Below are positions 51,693 through 63,699 of a DNA stretch of 64,000 nucleotides, one piece after another. A program made the translations under genes and the position numbers. The stretch is from Octopus vulgaris (taxonomy: Eukaryota), in the NCBI GenBank assembly GCA_951406725.2, contig OX597834.1, forward strand, positions 22,878,001-22,942,000, in the 5' to 3' direction. The stretch's first letter is position 1, and the number at the start of each line of letters is the position of its first letter. The notes below the pieces were generated by a model. The model had not been told where the DNA came from, did no database searches, and saw nothing but the letters and a program-made list of their open reading frames with translations.

Positions 51693-52796
51693 TTATTTTC
51701 CTGTATGAGTAGATGTATGGGCAGTGAAGTGACGTTTTTGAGAAAATGCTTTACCACAGAAATCACAGTGATATGGTTTCTCCCCTGTATGTCTACATTT
51801 GTGTGTAGTCAAAGTAGTTGATATTGTGAATGATTTACCACAGATATCACAGCGATATGGCTTCTCACCTGTATGTATACGCTTGTGAATAAATAATGAT
51901 TCACTACGAGGAAATGACTTACCACAGATATTGCACGAATATGACTTGTCTCTTGTATGAATACGTTCATGAACAGTTACTGTACGTGTGGTTGCAAATG
52001 ATTTACCACAGATTTCACAGTGATATGGCTTTTCTCCAGTGTGACTGCGTTTGTGTGCAGTTAAAGACCTACTATCAGAGAACGATTTACCACAAATATC
52101 ACAAAGGTATCTTTTCTCACCTGTATGAGTACGTTTGTGACTATTTAAGTTACCTTGATCGGATAATGTTTTCCCACAGATATCACAGTGGTATGGCTTT
52201 TCTCCTGTATGAAGTCGTTTGTGAGTATTTAGGTTACTTCCTACAGAGAATGATTTACCACAGATATCACAGTGATATGGCTTCTCTCCTGTATGCATAT
52301 ATTTGTGTGTAGTTAAGTGACTACTAATTGAGAATGATTTACCACAAATATCACAGTGAAATGGTTTCTCTCCAGTATGAAAGCGTTTGTGTACTGTTAA
52401 TTTACTCTTTGAAGACATAGATTTACCACAGATATCACAATGAAATGGTTGCCCTCCTGTATGAATGTATTTATGTACAGTTAACTGATTACTACGAGCA
52501 TATGATTTACCACAGATATCACAGTGATAAGGCCTCTCTCCTGTATGTGTACGTATATGAGTAGTTAAGTGACCAGTTGAAATAAAAGCTCTACCACATA
52601 TATTACAGTGATGTGGCTTCTCCCCTGTATGAATACGTTTGTGAGCAGTTAAATAGTTTCTGCGTGCAAATGATTTACCACAGATATCACACTCATTTGA
52701 CTTTTTTCCTGTCTCTTTTGGCATTTCATTTGCAAAATTCATATTTTCAGACTCTGCCTGAAGTGTAAATGGATTTTCACATAATGTATTTTCCAT
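51693..52796 (-). CDS. ZNF-H: C2H2 zinc-finger protein, 12 fingers
   Basis: 367-aa intact ORF. Confidence 0.95.
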   Translation of the reverse strand: MENTLCENPFTLQAESENMNFANEMPKETGKKSNECDICGKSFARRNYLTAHKRIHTGEKPHHCNICGRAFISTGHLTTHIRTHTGERPYHCDICGKSYARSNQLTVHKYIHTGGQPFHCDICGKSMSSKSKLTVHKRFHTGEKPFHCDICGKSFSISSHLTTHKYMHTGEKPYHCDICGKSFSVGSNLNTHKRLHTGEKPYHCDICGKTLSDQGNLNSHKRTHTGEKRYLCDICGKSFSDSRSLTAHKRSHTGEKPYHCEICGKSFATTRTVTVHERIHTRDKSYSCNICGKSFPRSESLFIHKRIHTGEKPYRCDICGKSFTISTTLTTHKCRHTGEKPYHCDFCGKAFSQKRHFTAHTSTHTGK

Positions 52797-53035
52797 AATT
52801 TTTAGTTTCTCACTAATTCCTGAAAGAGATTTCCTTCAATCTCTGTTGATTTCTGAAGATCGTAGAAACTCATTGGAAAAGGTGTCCAAGTGTAATAAAG
52901 AATTCAAATTATTCCTGAAAATATTACAGAAAGTGAAGTAGAAAAAAATTAGAATTCAATAATCCCAGTCTTTAGATGATAAATTATGATGAATCTAAAT
53001 TAAAAAGAAATTCTTTTACGCAGATACTGTTATAT

Positions 53036-54329
53036 CTGAAATAGAGAAACATAAGATAGAAGCGAAGCTCAATATTCAACAGCAGAAAATTATTTTTCTA
53101 TATTGAATAAATTGTACATATAAACATTTACCTCAATCATTGAACAGTGAAGTTTAATTGATTTTTAAAAGTACATTATACAATGTTGTGTAAAGTCTAC
53201 ATACAAACAAATTACAGCTTTACATGGCTATTGTGTAACACACAGATTAAGTAATTTATATATATATATATGGAAAAAAAAAAGTCTAGGTGGGAAATGC
53301 TAAAATAATTTTATAAAAAACATTTCAGTACCGGTTTCAGTCATTGAGACTTTTTCAACTGTAACAATTAAATAATTAAATTTAGAAAAATTAAAAGAAA
53401 AACTATTTTAAAAGAATATTTGTATAGTGTTCAAATACAAGTGGCATTTTCCTTGTTTCTGCCTGTCTCCGTCTCTCTTGTTTACATATTCATATATTGC
53501 AGGTGGCACGTAAAAAACGCCATTTGAGCGTGGCCGTTGCCAATACTGCCCGACTGGCCCTCGTGCCGGTGGCCCGTAAAAGCACCCACTACACTCTCGG
53601 AGTAGTTGGCATTAGGAAGGGCATACAGCTGTAGAAACGCTGCCAGTTCAGTTTCCGCCGACCGTGTCAACTCAGAACCCCCTTTGGCCGGCCCGAAGCT
53701 ATAATAGAAGACACTTGTTCCAGGTGCCAAGCAGTGGGACTGAACTCGTGATCATGTGGTTATGAAGATAGGTTTTTACCACACAGCTACGCCTGTGCCT
53801 ATGATAATGGTTTTTTTTTTGCATGAATCATATAAAGGTTACTCAGATTTTTTCTTCTGCATTGTTAGAAGCTTTCCTTCATTATATGTTTCTTTACTTC
53901 TGTACCACGATGCTTCAAGCACAGTACATCGCTCGTCTATCATTAATTTTATACTATATAGATAGTCACTTACGAAAGAGTAACTTAGAAGCTGAACAAG
54001 GCCCGCAACTGGCATTGACTTACATAAAACCAAAACCACAATATTAATAGAAACGTCCAGCTAAGACAGTACACACCACAGCCTCACCATCACAATAACT
54101 GACAGTATATATGTTAAACTACACAAAGAAAGTCGATAACACTTGATTCTATCCAAACAGGTCAATCGTTATTGTTTATATCCCTAGGTCAGTTCTGACC
54201 GTTTAGAACGTGATGAAAGTTTCTGGTGTGTAACGACTTTTATGACTAATCAAAATAAATTTAAAAAATACACTGCGTTGTTGAAAGTAGAAACGACGTT
54301 TGAATATGAAAAATAGATTTTAAAAATAC
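53036..54329 (-). other. 5'-UTR intron of ZNF-H
   Basis: Donor TTAG|GTATTTT and acceptor CTATTTCAG|ATATAACAG. Confidence 0.7.
53326..53361 (-). ncRNA. Minimal type I hammerhead-like motif, U3-A8 variant
   Basis: Minus strand CAG-TTGAAAA-AGTC(TCAAT)GACT-GAAA-CCGG-TA-CTG. Confidence 0.6.
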
Positions 54330-54534
54330 CTAATATGAATCACTGCTATTAGAAAGTCAGGTTAGTCGTGTTGCCGAAGAGAAAATTTCTTCCACTGCGC
54401 GTGCGTGTGTATATACCATACACATATATAGATATATATTGTTGATGAATATAACCCGGAACATAAATATGGAAGCTTCTACAGTTTATACATCAAACTA
54501 TTAGCTTGATATTAGACTTTCTGGGGGAAGACCG

Positions 54535-54564
54535 AATTCAGCTTCCGGTTGAACATGCGTATTG
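54535..54564 (-). promoter_or_regulatory. ZNF-H promoter module
   Basis: Gene-sense CAATACGCATGTTCAACCGGAAGCTGAATT. Confidence 0.7.
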
Positions 54565-55329
54565 TGGAAAGTTACCAGCTCACACTAGTCGTCAACATCT
54601 TGTGACCAGCTGCTATAGCTTTTCAGCTCTATTGGGAATGTCGGTTTCTCTTTTCTAAAATTGCACTTCTAACACATAGAGAAAACCTGGCATATCTACT
54701 TAAATGTTTCCCTCCCCCCAAAACTTTCCTCATAACTTCCAGAAAACGAATGTTTATTAAATGAAATTTTCTGCAAATACCTTTCAGATAGTGTAGATTG
54801 CGATTCGGATCTTTTCTGTTTGGCTGCTAATTTTCAGTCTCTTCAATTTCTGTTCGAATTGGTTTCATATTCAGTGTAATGATATACTTTTCTATACTAA
54901 TCAATGCCATGAAAATCATTTTCGCCATAAATCAACAAATAAGGAGACAAAATGCTTAGATTCGTTTCCTCCAGATTTACATTATGAGTTAAAATTCTCC
55001 CGAAGTAGGCTTCTGTTTCATTTTTTTTTGACAAGTTGTGGTGCACCTGAGCACTGTATACAATAATTTCATTATATAAAATTTTCAGTAATTTCAGACA
55101 ATTGTAAGCCATAGACATTAGTGTGTTACCATAGTAACAAGCCAAACATGAGAACTCTTTTGTCTGTGAGAAAGCATTTGTTGACAAATATATTTCAGTC
55201 ATTGAGGTGGTTGTCATGTGTGCTAAAAATAGCAACCAAATAGGCCTTAAATCACAAACAAAAGGAGGATGTGGTTTTGTACTTGCCAGAAAAGCAGGTC
55301 ATACCACAAAGAAAATTATGTAAAATGGA

Positions 55330-55800
55330 GAAGCATTTTATGAGTACAAGAAAACTTGGTGGGAATATGTATTGCTAATGTTCACATCAAGGATGCATGG
55401 AGTCTGTGTCAGTGAGGAAATACACATGGATTGAAGGTGGCACCCTTCCTCTTAAGACTCTAGTGCTTTTCCTATACTCATGGGCTTAGGAATTAACTTC
55501 AATCCGGTTTTTTGTTGAAGAAGTGGGGATGAGCGATTGCACAGCTTTTGATTATCACAGCTATGTTAGGGAAGTAAGTGAGAGGACCTGCTCTGTCATC
55601 TAGTTGACATTGGTGGTCCTGCGACGATTGTTGAGATTGATGAAACAGGCTTCTTAAGAAATAAGTACAACTGAGCAAGGATCCTACATAAGTAGTGGGG
55701 CTTTTTGGAGGAGTGTGTTGTGAGACCAGACAAGTTTTTCTTTATGTGGTGCCATGTTGGAATCATGACACACTGGAGGAATGCATAAAGAAGTTTGTGC
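55330..55800 (+). mobile_element. Merlin (IS1595/ISXO2-like) transposase remnant
   Basis: IGGPATIVEIDETGFLRNKYN* ... LFGGVCCETRQVFLYVVP..HDTL. Confidence 0.8.
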
Positions 55801-56189
55801 TATAAGTTTCTTATTTTGAAAAATATTTAATTTGTAATGTGCTGTTTATTACATTAAATGCATATTGAATGCTTAAAACTACAAAATACATGTTTACTCG
55901 TTTCTTTGTCATTGAGTTGGTTGTCAGGTGTGCTAAAAAGGCCTTAAAGGAAGCACCACTGTAATTTGCCTTTTGCATATAATCGTATGCATTCTTGCAT
56001 GTAGAATGCACATTGGCAAAAATTTTCTGAAAATTCTAAACAAAGTTATGAGCAGTTACATGTTGTGTATAATTAATTTGTTTATGGTGTCGTATAAAAG
56101 CATACGTGCCATTTTCAGGATGGGAACAAAATGTGTCGTCACACACAAAATGTCAGCTTCTAAATCCTGTTTCCTAACTGAGTGAAAAG

Positions 56190-56640
56190 GATCCATTTGA
56201 ACACAATGGGTGGGTGACAGGAGGCTGTGTTGATGTACGTTAGCCTCTCATTTGGCTTGTGGTAGGGCCTGTTGAGCGTGATGTGTAAGAAGTCTGCAGT
56301 GGTGAGATTGGTCTCGATGGTAATTTTCAGTCCCTTGGAGCCAAGTGTACTAATCAGATCTTTCCTAAGCTTGTCTTGGGTATGCCTGTTTGCTTTCTAG
56401 AGATAGCCAAAGTGTTGTCTCTGTAGAGACCAAAGAGGAGAGAGAGGAACTTTTTCTTAAGGGTATCAAGGATATACAACACGATGTCACATACATCAGT
56501 GCTGTTGTAGACCCACACCACTACACCAAATGAGCCCATGGAGTCAGATTGCTTGACCCAGGCCAAACCTTTATTGAACAGCACTGTTTCTCTGTCAACA
56601 GTTGAGACCCAGAGAAAACAATTGCACTCAAATGATTTGA
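56190..56640 (-). mobile_element. Penelope-like reverse-transcriptase fragment
   Basis: DVCDIVLYIL...FGLYRDNTLAI matches the Penelope-type GLYRDDGL motif. Confidence 0.75.
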
Positions 56641-57105
56641 AGTTAAGACTCTGATATCTTTTCAAGTAACCAATCCTGCAGGGTAAAGCGTGGCTATAAG
56701 AGGAGTTGAGGTGAGCAGATATGGAGGCAATAATACATAAAATAACAGCCTGAGTTTGATATACAAAATATATATCTAATATAATAAATGAGAAAACTAA
56801 TTTGTGTGTCACACTTAGAGCCCCTCTTTCACTATTCAGTGACACTCCTGCTATTCCTCATAATTGGGTGAGAATAATAGTAGGCATAGAGATGGCGAGG
56901 GTGGTGGCAAATACAGAGAAAAAGAGAATCAAAGAAATTTAGGAAGAGCTGATGATGTTTTATTAAAAGTAATAGTGTTGATGGTGACAGTGGGAGTAAT
57001 AATAAAAGAGAGAAAGAGGGAGATGATGTACAACTTTGTTTAACCATGTCTCTTTGACAGAAATTCCTGTCGCTGAGATACTGAACACTGTCATTTTTGT
57101 TTTAT

Positions 57106-57160
<55 letters not shown>
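57106..57160. repeat. (TA)n microsatellite
   Basis: Direct reading; shorter (TA)n runs at about 11632, 30246, 57435 and 61284. Confidence 0.95.
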
Positions 57161-57164
<4 letters not shown>

Positions 57165-57433
57165 TATAACTGAAATGAAGTAGCCCAACATATCATACCA
57201 TTTTGGAATTAGGTTGATTTCTGTAAGTTAAAAATATTCCGGGCTGAATCCTGAAATTTTGGATTCCTATGTTTTCATTACGGTGATTTTTTTACATTTT
57301 ATTTTTTTGCGACAAATATGATCATCATTGGGATATGACTCTGCAGGAAGCAATTACAACAAATTCTCCAAAACAAGTCAGAGATCTGTTTGCAGATCTT
57401 CCCATTTGGGGTTTAGCTGCTTAAAAGCTAGTG

Positions 57434-57469
<36 letters not shown>

Positions 57470-57795
57470 TACATGAAAACAGAAAGATAGCAAACTAAAG
57501 ATATTCAAGAGGTATATTTAAGTTATTTAAGTATAGATATACAGATATTTATATGCCAATAAATCTAACTTACACTGAAAACAAATGACAGAGAAAATTA
57601 AAGGGGAGAAGGTAAGGGGTTAAAGTCCAACAGCTGTTTTGAGAGGGGGGAGGCTCAGTATCCTACTTAATGTTGGCAGATGCCATTCAAGACTCTAGAT
57701 GTTAGTTGTTACATCTTCAGAAATTTGTCTGCCTCTCTCTCTCTGAATACATTTACGGTTAGGTATTTTTCATAGCACAATATACATTTACACAG

Positions 57796-58929
57796 TTATT
57801 TTTCTGTATGAATTGATGCATGGGCAGTGAAATGACGCTTTTGAGAAAATGATTTACCACAGATATCACAGTGATATGGCACATCTCGTGTGTGAATGTG
57901 TTTGTGTTTAGTTAAGTAACTTGTTGTAGTGAATGATTTACCACAGGTATCGCAGATATATGGTTTCTCTCCTGTATGACTGCGCTTGTGAAGAGTTAAG
58001 TTAGTTAATCCTGAGAATGATTTACCACAGATATCACAGTGATATGGCTTCTCACCTGTATGCACACGTTTGTGAATAGGTAATGATTCTCTACGAAGAA
58101 ATGACTTACCACAGATATCACATGAATATGACTTATCTCCTGTATGAATGTGTTGGTGAACAGTTACTGTACGTGTAGTAGCAAATGATTTACCACAGAT
58201 TTCACAGTGATATGGTTTTTCTCCAGTGTGATTGCGTTTGTGAACAATTAAACATCTACTGTAAGAGAATGATTTTCCACAAATATCACAGAGGTATCGT
58301 TTCTCTCCTGTATGAGTACGTTTGTGACTAGCTAAGTTACCTTGATCAGATAATGTTTTGCCACAGATATCACAATGATACGGCTTTTCTCCTGTATGAA
58401 GTCGTTTGTGAGTATTTAGGCTACTTCCTACAGAGAATGATTTACCACAGATATCACAGTGATATGGTTTCACTCCTGTATGAATATATTTGTGAGTAGT
58501 TAAGTGACTACTAATAGAGAATGATTTACCACAAATATCACAGTGAAATGGTTTCTCTCCAGTATGAAAGCGTTTGTGTACAGTTAATTTACTCTTTGAA
58601 GATATAGATTTACCACAGATATCACAATGAAATGGTTGCCCTCCTGTATGAATGTATTTATGGACAGTCAACTGATGACTCCGAGCAAATGATTTACCAC
58701 AGATATCACAGTGATAAGGCTTCTCACCTGTATGTGTACGTATATGAGTAGTTAAGTGACCAGTTGAAATGAAAGCTTTACCACAAATATTACACTGATG
58801 TGGCTTCTCCCCTGTATGAATACGTTTGTGAGCAGATAAATAGTTTCTGTGTGCGAATGATTTACCACAGATATCACACTCATTTGACTTTTTTCCTGTC
58901 TCTTTTGGCATTTCATTTTCAAAATTCAT
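57796..58929 (-). CDS. ZNF-I: C2H2 zinc-finger protein, 13 fingers; leader frameshifted, first in-frame ATG at 58929
   Basis: The family start ATG (58984) is out of frame because of an extra base in a 6-A run (58960-58965); the finger array is intact. The track start at 59001 is GTG. Confidence 0.88.
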   Translation of the reverse strand: MNFENEMPKETGKKSNECDICGKSFAHRNYLSAHKRIHTGEKPHQCNICGKAFISTGHLTTHIRTHTGEKPYHCDICGKSFARSHQLTVHKYIHTGGQPFHCDICGKSISSKSKLTVHKRFHTGEKPFHCDICGKSFSISSHLTTHKYIHTGVKPYHCDICGKSFSVGSSLNTHKRLHTGEKPYHCDICGKTLSDQGNLASHKRTHTGEKRYLCDICGKSFSYSRCLIVHKRNHTGEKPYHCEICGKSFATTRTVTVHQHIHTGDKSYSCDICGKSFLRRESLPIHKRVHTGEKPYHCDICGKSFSGLTNLTLHKRSHTGEKPYICDTCGKSFTTTSYLTKHKHIHTRDVPYHCDICGKSFSQKRHFTAHASIHTEK

Positions 58930-59245
58930 GTTTTCAGACTCCGTCTCAAGTGTAAATGGTTTTTTCACATAATGTATTTTCCATAATCTTTCGTTTCTCA
59001 CTAACTTTTGTATTTCATTTTTATTTTATTGAAAGAAATTTCCTTCAAATTTGTTCCCTGTTGATTTCTGAAGATGGTAGAAACTCCTTTGGAAAGATGT
59101 CCAAGTTTAGTTAGAATGCGAATCGCTCTTGAATATATTACAAAGTAGAAAAATTAGAATCCAATAATATGATAATCAGTCTTTAAGTAATTAATACTGA
59201 ATCTTAAAGAAAAAAATTCTTTTATGCAGATACCATCCGTTATAT

Positions 59246-60087
59246 CTGAAATAATAGAGAAACAGTGTAAGATATAGGGGAAGTTAAATATTCAACAGCA
59301 GAAAACTGTCTACCCTTGTATATTGGTTAAACTGTAGATATAAACATTTGCATCAATCGCTGATCAGTAAAGTTCAATTGATTTTCGTAATTACATCATA
59401 CAACCTTGAGTAAAGTCTACATGTATACAAATCATAGCTTCACATGGCTATTGTGTAACATACCTAATATAAAATTTTAAAAAACGAAGGACTTCTAAAA
59501 ATGTGAAAAGTGGATGTTGAGTAATCATCATATAACGCAGGCACGAAGGTCCATCTTGAGAACTAAGCTGTTTACAAATGTGAGTATACGCAGATTCTGT
59601 CATTTAAAGGATAATGAGAATCATCTAAGATTTTTAAACCGTGCGCTTCTGATGATTGGCTTTTTGGCATGAATTATGTTAAGGTTATTCAACTCCCCCT
59701 TTTTGCATTGTTACTTTAATTTCTGTATCACAATGCTTTTGTATTATGTTAAACTACAGAAAGTTGCTTTCAAAAGAGTAAGTAAATTACAGGCTTCACA
59801 AGGCCCGTAACTGGCAATGACGAAACAACCAAAACAATAATAGAAACGTCCAGCTAAAATATAGCACTATCACATTGTCTAACATATATATTAAACTACA
59901 GAATGGATGTCGATAACATTCGGTTCTATCCAAGCAGGTCATTCGTCGTTGTTTATAGTCCGAGGTCAGTTCTACTGTTGTGAGAGTTTCTGCGGTGTAA
60001 ATTCGAGTTAAATGACGAGTCAAGCAGAAGACCACATTGCTTTGCTGAATGAAACAGTGTTTGAATGTGAAAAGTCAGTAAAAATAC
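59246..60087 (-). other. 5'-UTR intron of ZNF-I
   Basis: Homologous donor ACGAG|GTATTTT and acceptor TTATTTCAG|ATATAACGG. Confidence 0.7.
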
Positions 60088-60249
60088 CTCGTATGAATAA
60101 CAGTGACGATCGTCGTGCTTTTGAAGAGAAATTTTCATCCGCTCTGCGTGTAAGTGTATGTATATATCATAACGTGCGAAATAAATACTGCCGTTTGTTC
60201 AACAATTTTTGCAACAAACTAATACAGTACAGTCTGTGTTCGAAGACCG

Positions 60250-60279
60250 ATTTCATCTTCCGGCTGAACATGCGCATCG
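60250..60279 (-). promoter_or_regulatory. ZNF-I promoter module
   Basis: Gene-sense CGATGCGCATGTTCAGCCGGAAGATGAAAT. Confidence 0.7.
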
Positions 60280-61314
60280 TGAAATGTTAGCATCGTTTGG
60301 GAGAGTGGTTTTAATTCAAAGATAACACATATGCAATGTATAACCTAGACACCGATATCGCTCCTTGCACGTCATGAGACTGAGAAAGAAGCCGGCGATC
60401 TTAGTACTTATACCGTAAGATCGCCCTTTTGATCTCTTCAATGAATATCGATTTCTCTTTTCTCAAATTTTCAGCAGATTATTATTTTTGTTGTTGATAG
60501 TAGCTAATAATAATAATGAAAAGAGTGAAAAGGATCTGCCCTACCAACTTAACACTTCAACAAAAGAGTATGCATGCCACCCTATGCTGACGCTGCTTTA
60601 GAAGCAAAGTTTACCCTTACTAAGTCCAAACTCCTGTCTGCTTTCTCTGATTGCATTAAAACTTACTAAAGCTTCCACTGTTGAATGTCTTGTCATCACA
60701 CCTAAAATGCCAGCTTCCCAATCCTGTTTTCCGATTGGATAAAAATAATCAAACTTTAAATCTCTCTAACGTTTTTCTAAAATTTTTCTAGAACAAGTGA
60801 ATACCAACATGAGATTCAGTGTGAAAAATTATATCAATATACTAAATTTTAAAATTTCAAAAAGATCCCACCGCTGTTCATATCCAGTCTTGAGGGAGGC
60901 TGAAGTGCTCTCCATTTGTTGAGTGTTATAAACAGCATTTAAATTAAAATCAATCCCCATGGGTGAACTCTTTTACTGAAATCATGACCCTTAAAACAGT
61001 TATTGGGCACCACAGATCAATATTGAATGTACTTTCTCTTCTCTTATAGGAAAATTGTAAACAGAGTTTAACCAATTCTTTCTCTACCACAATTTTATAA
61101 GAAGAAAAGAGATGAAACATTTAATGTCAAATAGTTCATATCATTTTGAATTTGTCTCACATGCTATTTAGGGGTATTGCAGTGGTACATCTATTTGAAG
61201 CTACATTAAAAACCTTCTTGACACGTGTACACTGTGTGTGTTCCTGCATGTATATATCTATAAATGTAGCTATACATATGTAGATATATATATATATATA
61301 TATATATGTGTTCT

Positions 61315-63300
61315 GTTACCTAGGTGACCAAGTTATCAATGGGGGAGGAAGTTGTGAAAGCGTAGTTGCTTGAATAAAAATATGCTGGGCAAAGTTCAGA
61401 GAGCCACTACTTTTGTTGGTAAAGAAGTGCCTCTCCCTCACAGTAAAAGGCAAACTGTATGATGCCTGTCTATGCCATATCGCAGTGAAATATGGGCTGT
61501 GACAACTGAGGATATGCAAATGCTTGAAAGAAATGAATCCAGCTTGCTCTGCTGGATGAGTAATGACAGTGTCCAAATACGGCAGAGTGTAAATGACTTA
61601 AGAGAAAAATTGGGTATCAGATGTAGTATGCAAGAGAGAAGACTGCACTGGTATGGTTATATGATGCTTATGAAGACAACTGTATAGAGAAGTGTCAATC
61701 TCTGATATTGATGGAAAACTGTGGAAGGGGTATACACAGGAAGACATCAGACCACCAATGCAATTTGAAAGTAGCATTGCAGATAAGGTAATGAAGAATA
61801 TTGAAGGGGAAAGCTGCAGGCCCATTATGGATCATAGCAGAGATGCTCAAGATATGTGCTGAGATGGGATACATGATTTCCGCCCAGATAGTAAATCAAG
61901 TTATAAAGGAGAGTGTCAGGCATAGGAGTATTATCATAAACTGTTACAAAGGCAAGGGTAATACCTTAAGAAGCAGCTACAGAAGAATAAAATTATTGAA
62001 TAAGGTTATGAAAATCACAGAATTATAGTACAATCGATTTGTGACAGGCTGTAACTAGATAAAAAGCAGTGTGGCCTTCAAATTGGAAGAGGTACAGCAG
62101 ATGCAATCTTCCGAGAGAGGCAACTGCAAGAGAAATGCTTGCCTAAGAGTAGACAATTATACTTGGCTTATGTTGATATGGTGTTTGTCAAGGTACCACA
62201 TATAGTAATCTCGTGGTCACTAAAGAAGCTAAGTGCTGACTTGTGAGAGGTGTACAAGTTATTTATAAAGATGCACTCAGTAGAGTGAGAGTCAACAATT
62301 ACTTCAGTGAGTAATTTAGTGTGAGGGTTGGAATCAATCAAGGCACAGTCCTTAGTCCTCTGTCCAGGCCAGCACAGAGGAGTTTATGCCTGGCTGACCA
62401 TGGGAACTCCTGTATGCTGATAATCTAGTTCTCATACCTGAATCTAGAAAGGAATTGGAGGGCAAAAAATCTCCATATGGAAGCTGAGATTAGAATCAGT
62501 AAGCCTTACATTTAGGACAGAATGTTTTAGAAAGTAGAAATGATGATAGGACCCTCCAGGAATTGGTCTGATTTCATATGCAAAAAATGCATAAGATATA
62601 GTGTAGCCAATGGAAGCAAGAGAAGTGAAATCACAAGCAGACTACCATAGAACCTATGTTTCGTATGTGATAGATGAACTGGAGCAGTATGCATTACAAA
62701 CACTCTGGAAATAGAAAGTCTCAAATACCTAGATAGCTCACTAAAATTAGTTGATAAGGTTTTATATATCTATAGGCTGTAATTTGCAAGTGAGGTGGTT
62801 GCTACAAAAGAAATTATATCCTAAGTGAGACCAGTTAAAGAAAGTTCAAGGAGATACTACTACTGTTTGTGGGTATGAAAACTAGTGTTTTACCCACAGA
62901 GTGAAGAGCTGATTGTATGAATCTTACATCAGAACTACAATAATGCATGGTAGTGAGAGACAAGCTTTGATGGTAGAGGACTTGGGAAGACAAAAAAAAA
63001 ATTGTGCATTCTTTACTGGTTCTGCAATGTAAGTGTGCTTCAATGACAAACTATAAAGAGAAAACTTGTCACAAGATGAATCACATGTGGTGTGCAAAAA
63101 AACAAGATGGCACTTGTATGAATATGATCCATATATGGACAGTTGTATGAAGAAGTACCAATCACATGATTGGAGCTTGTGGAAGAGGCAGAAACAGTAA
63201 GACATGGGAGGAAGTGGTGTAAGGCTAACTTCAAGACCTTGAGCCCCATGGAAAATATGTCAAAGGAACAGGAAGACTGACAATTTGCAGTTCTTCAGAA
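61315..63300 (+). mobile_element. Decayed RTE LINE (two fragments)
   Basis: SEIWAVT..LERNE..RRLHWYG; GKAAGP..IAEMLK; YRRIKLL..MK; GRGTADAIF; NQGTVLSP; WELLYADNLVL. Confidence 0.85.
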
Positions 63301-63699
63301 AACCAGCCCTGCTTAATGAAATTGAGTTTTGAAAGCGGTGTGTGTGTGTATGTAAACATATATATATACATGTGTACAAATGACCACCTTGACCTGTCTC
63401 CTCATATCATTTCCCTCCTCTGTACATGTCCTTCACTGCAGCTCTCCCTTGATACCACTTTATTTTTTTTCTCACTATCTGGAACCATATCTTTTGTTCA
63501 CCATTTTTCACCCATTGCTATTGTTATCTCCACTCATATTAAACTGATTCATCACTCACCACAGAACCAAACAATCTCTCATTATGTACTATGTCTCCCT
63601 CCAAAATACTCCAGCAACCTACCAATTTAGATGAAGGTGCAGGAAGTAGGAGTAGGTCAAGAAAGTAATAGGAGTATTGTACAAGAGCACCAATAACTT

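Noticed and set aside
56945-57075. CTGATGA...GAAA hammerhead candidate on +
   Set aside because: Helix I and helix III do not pair.
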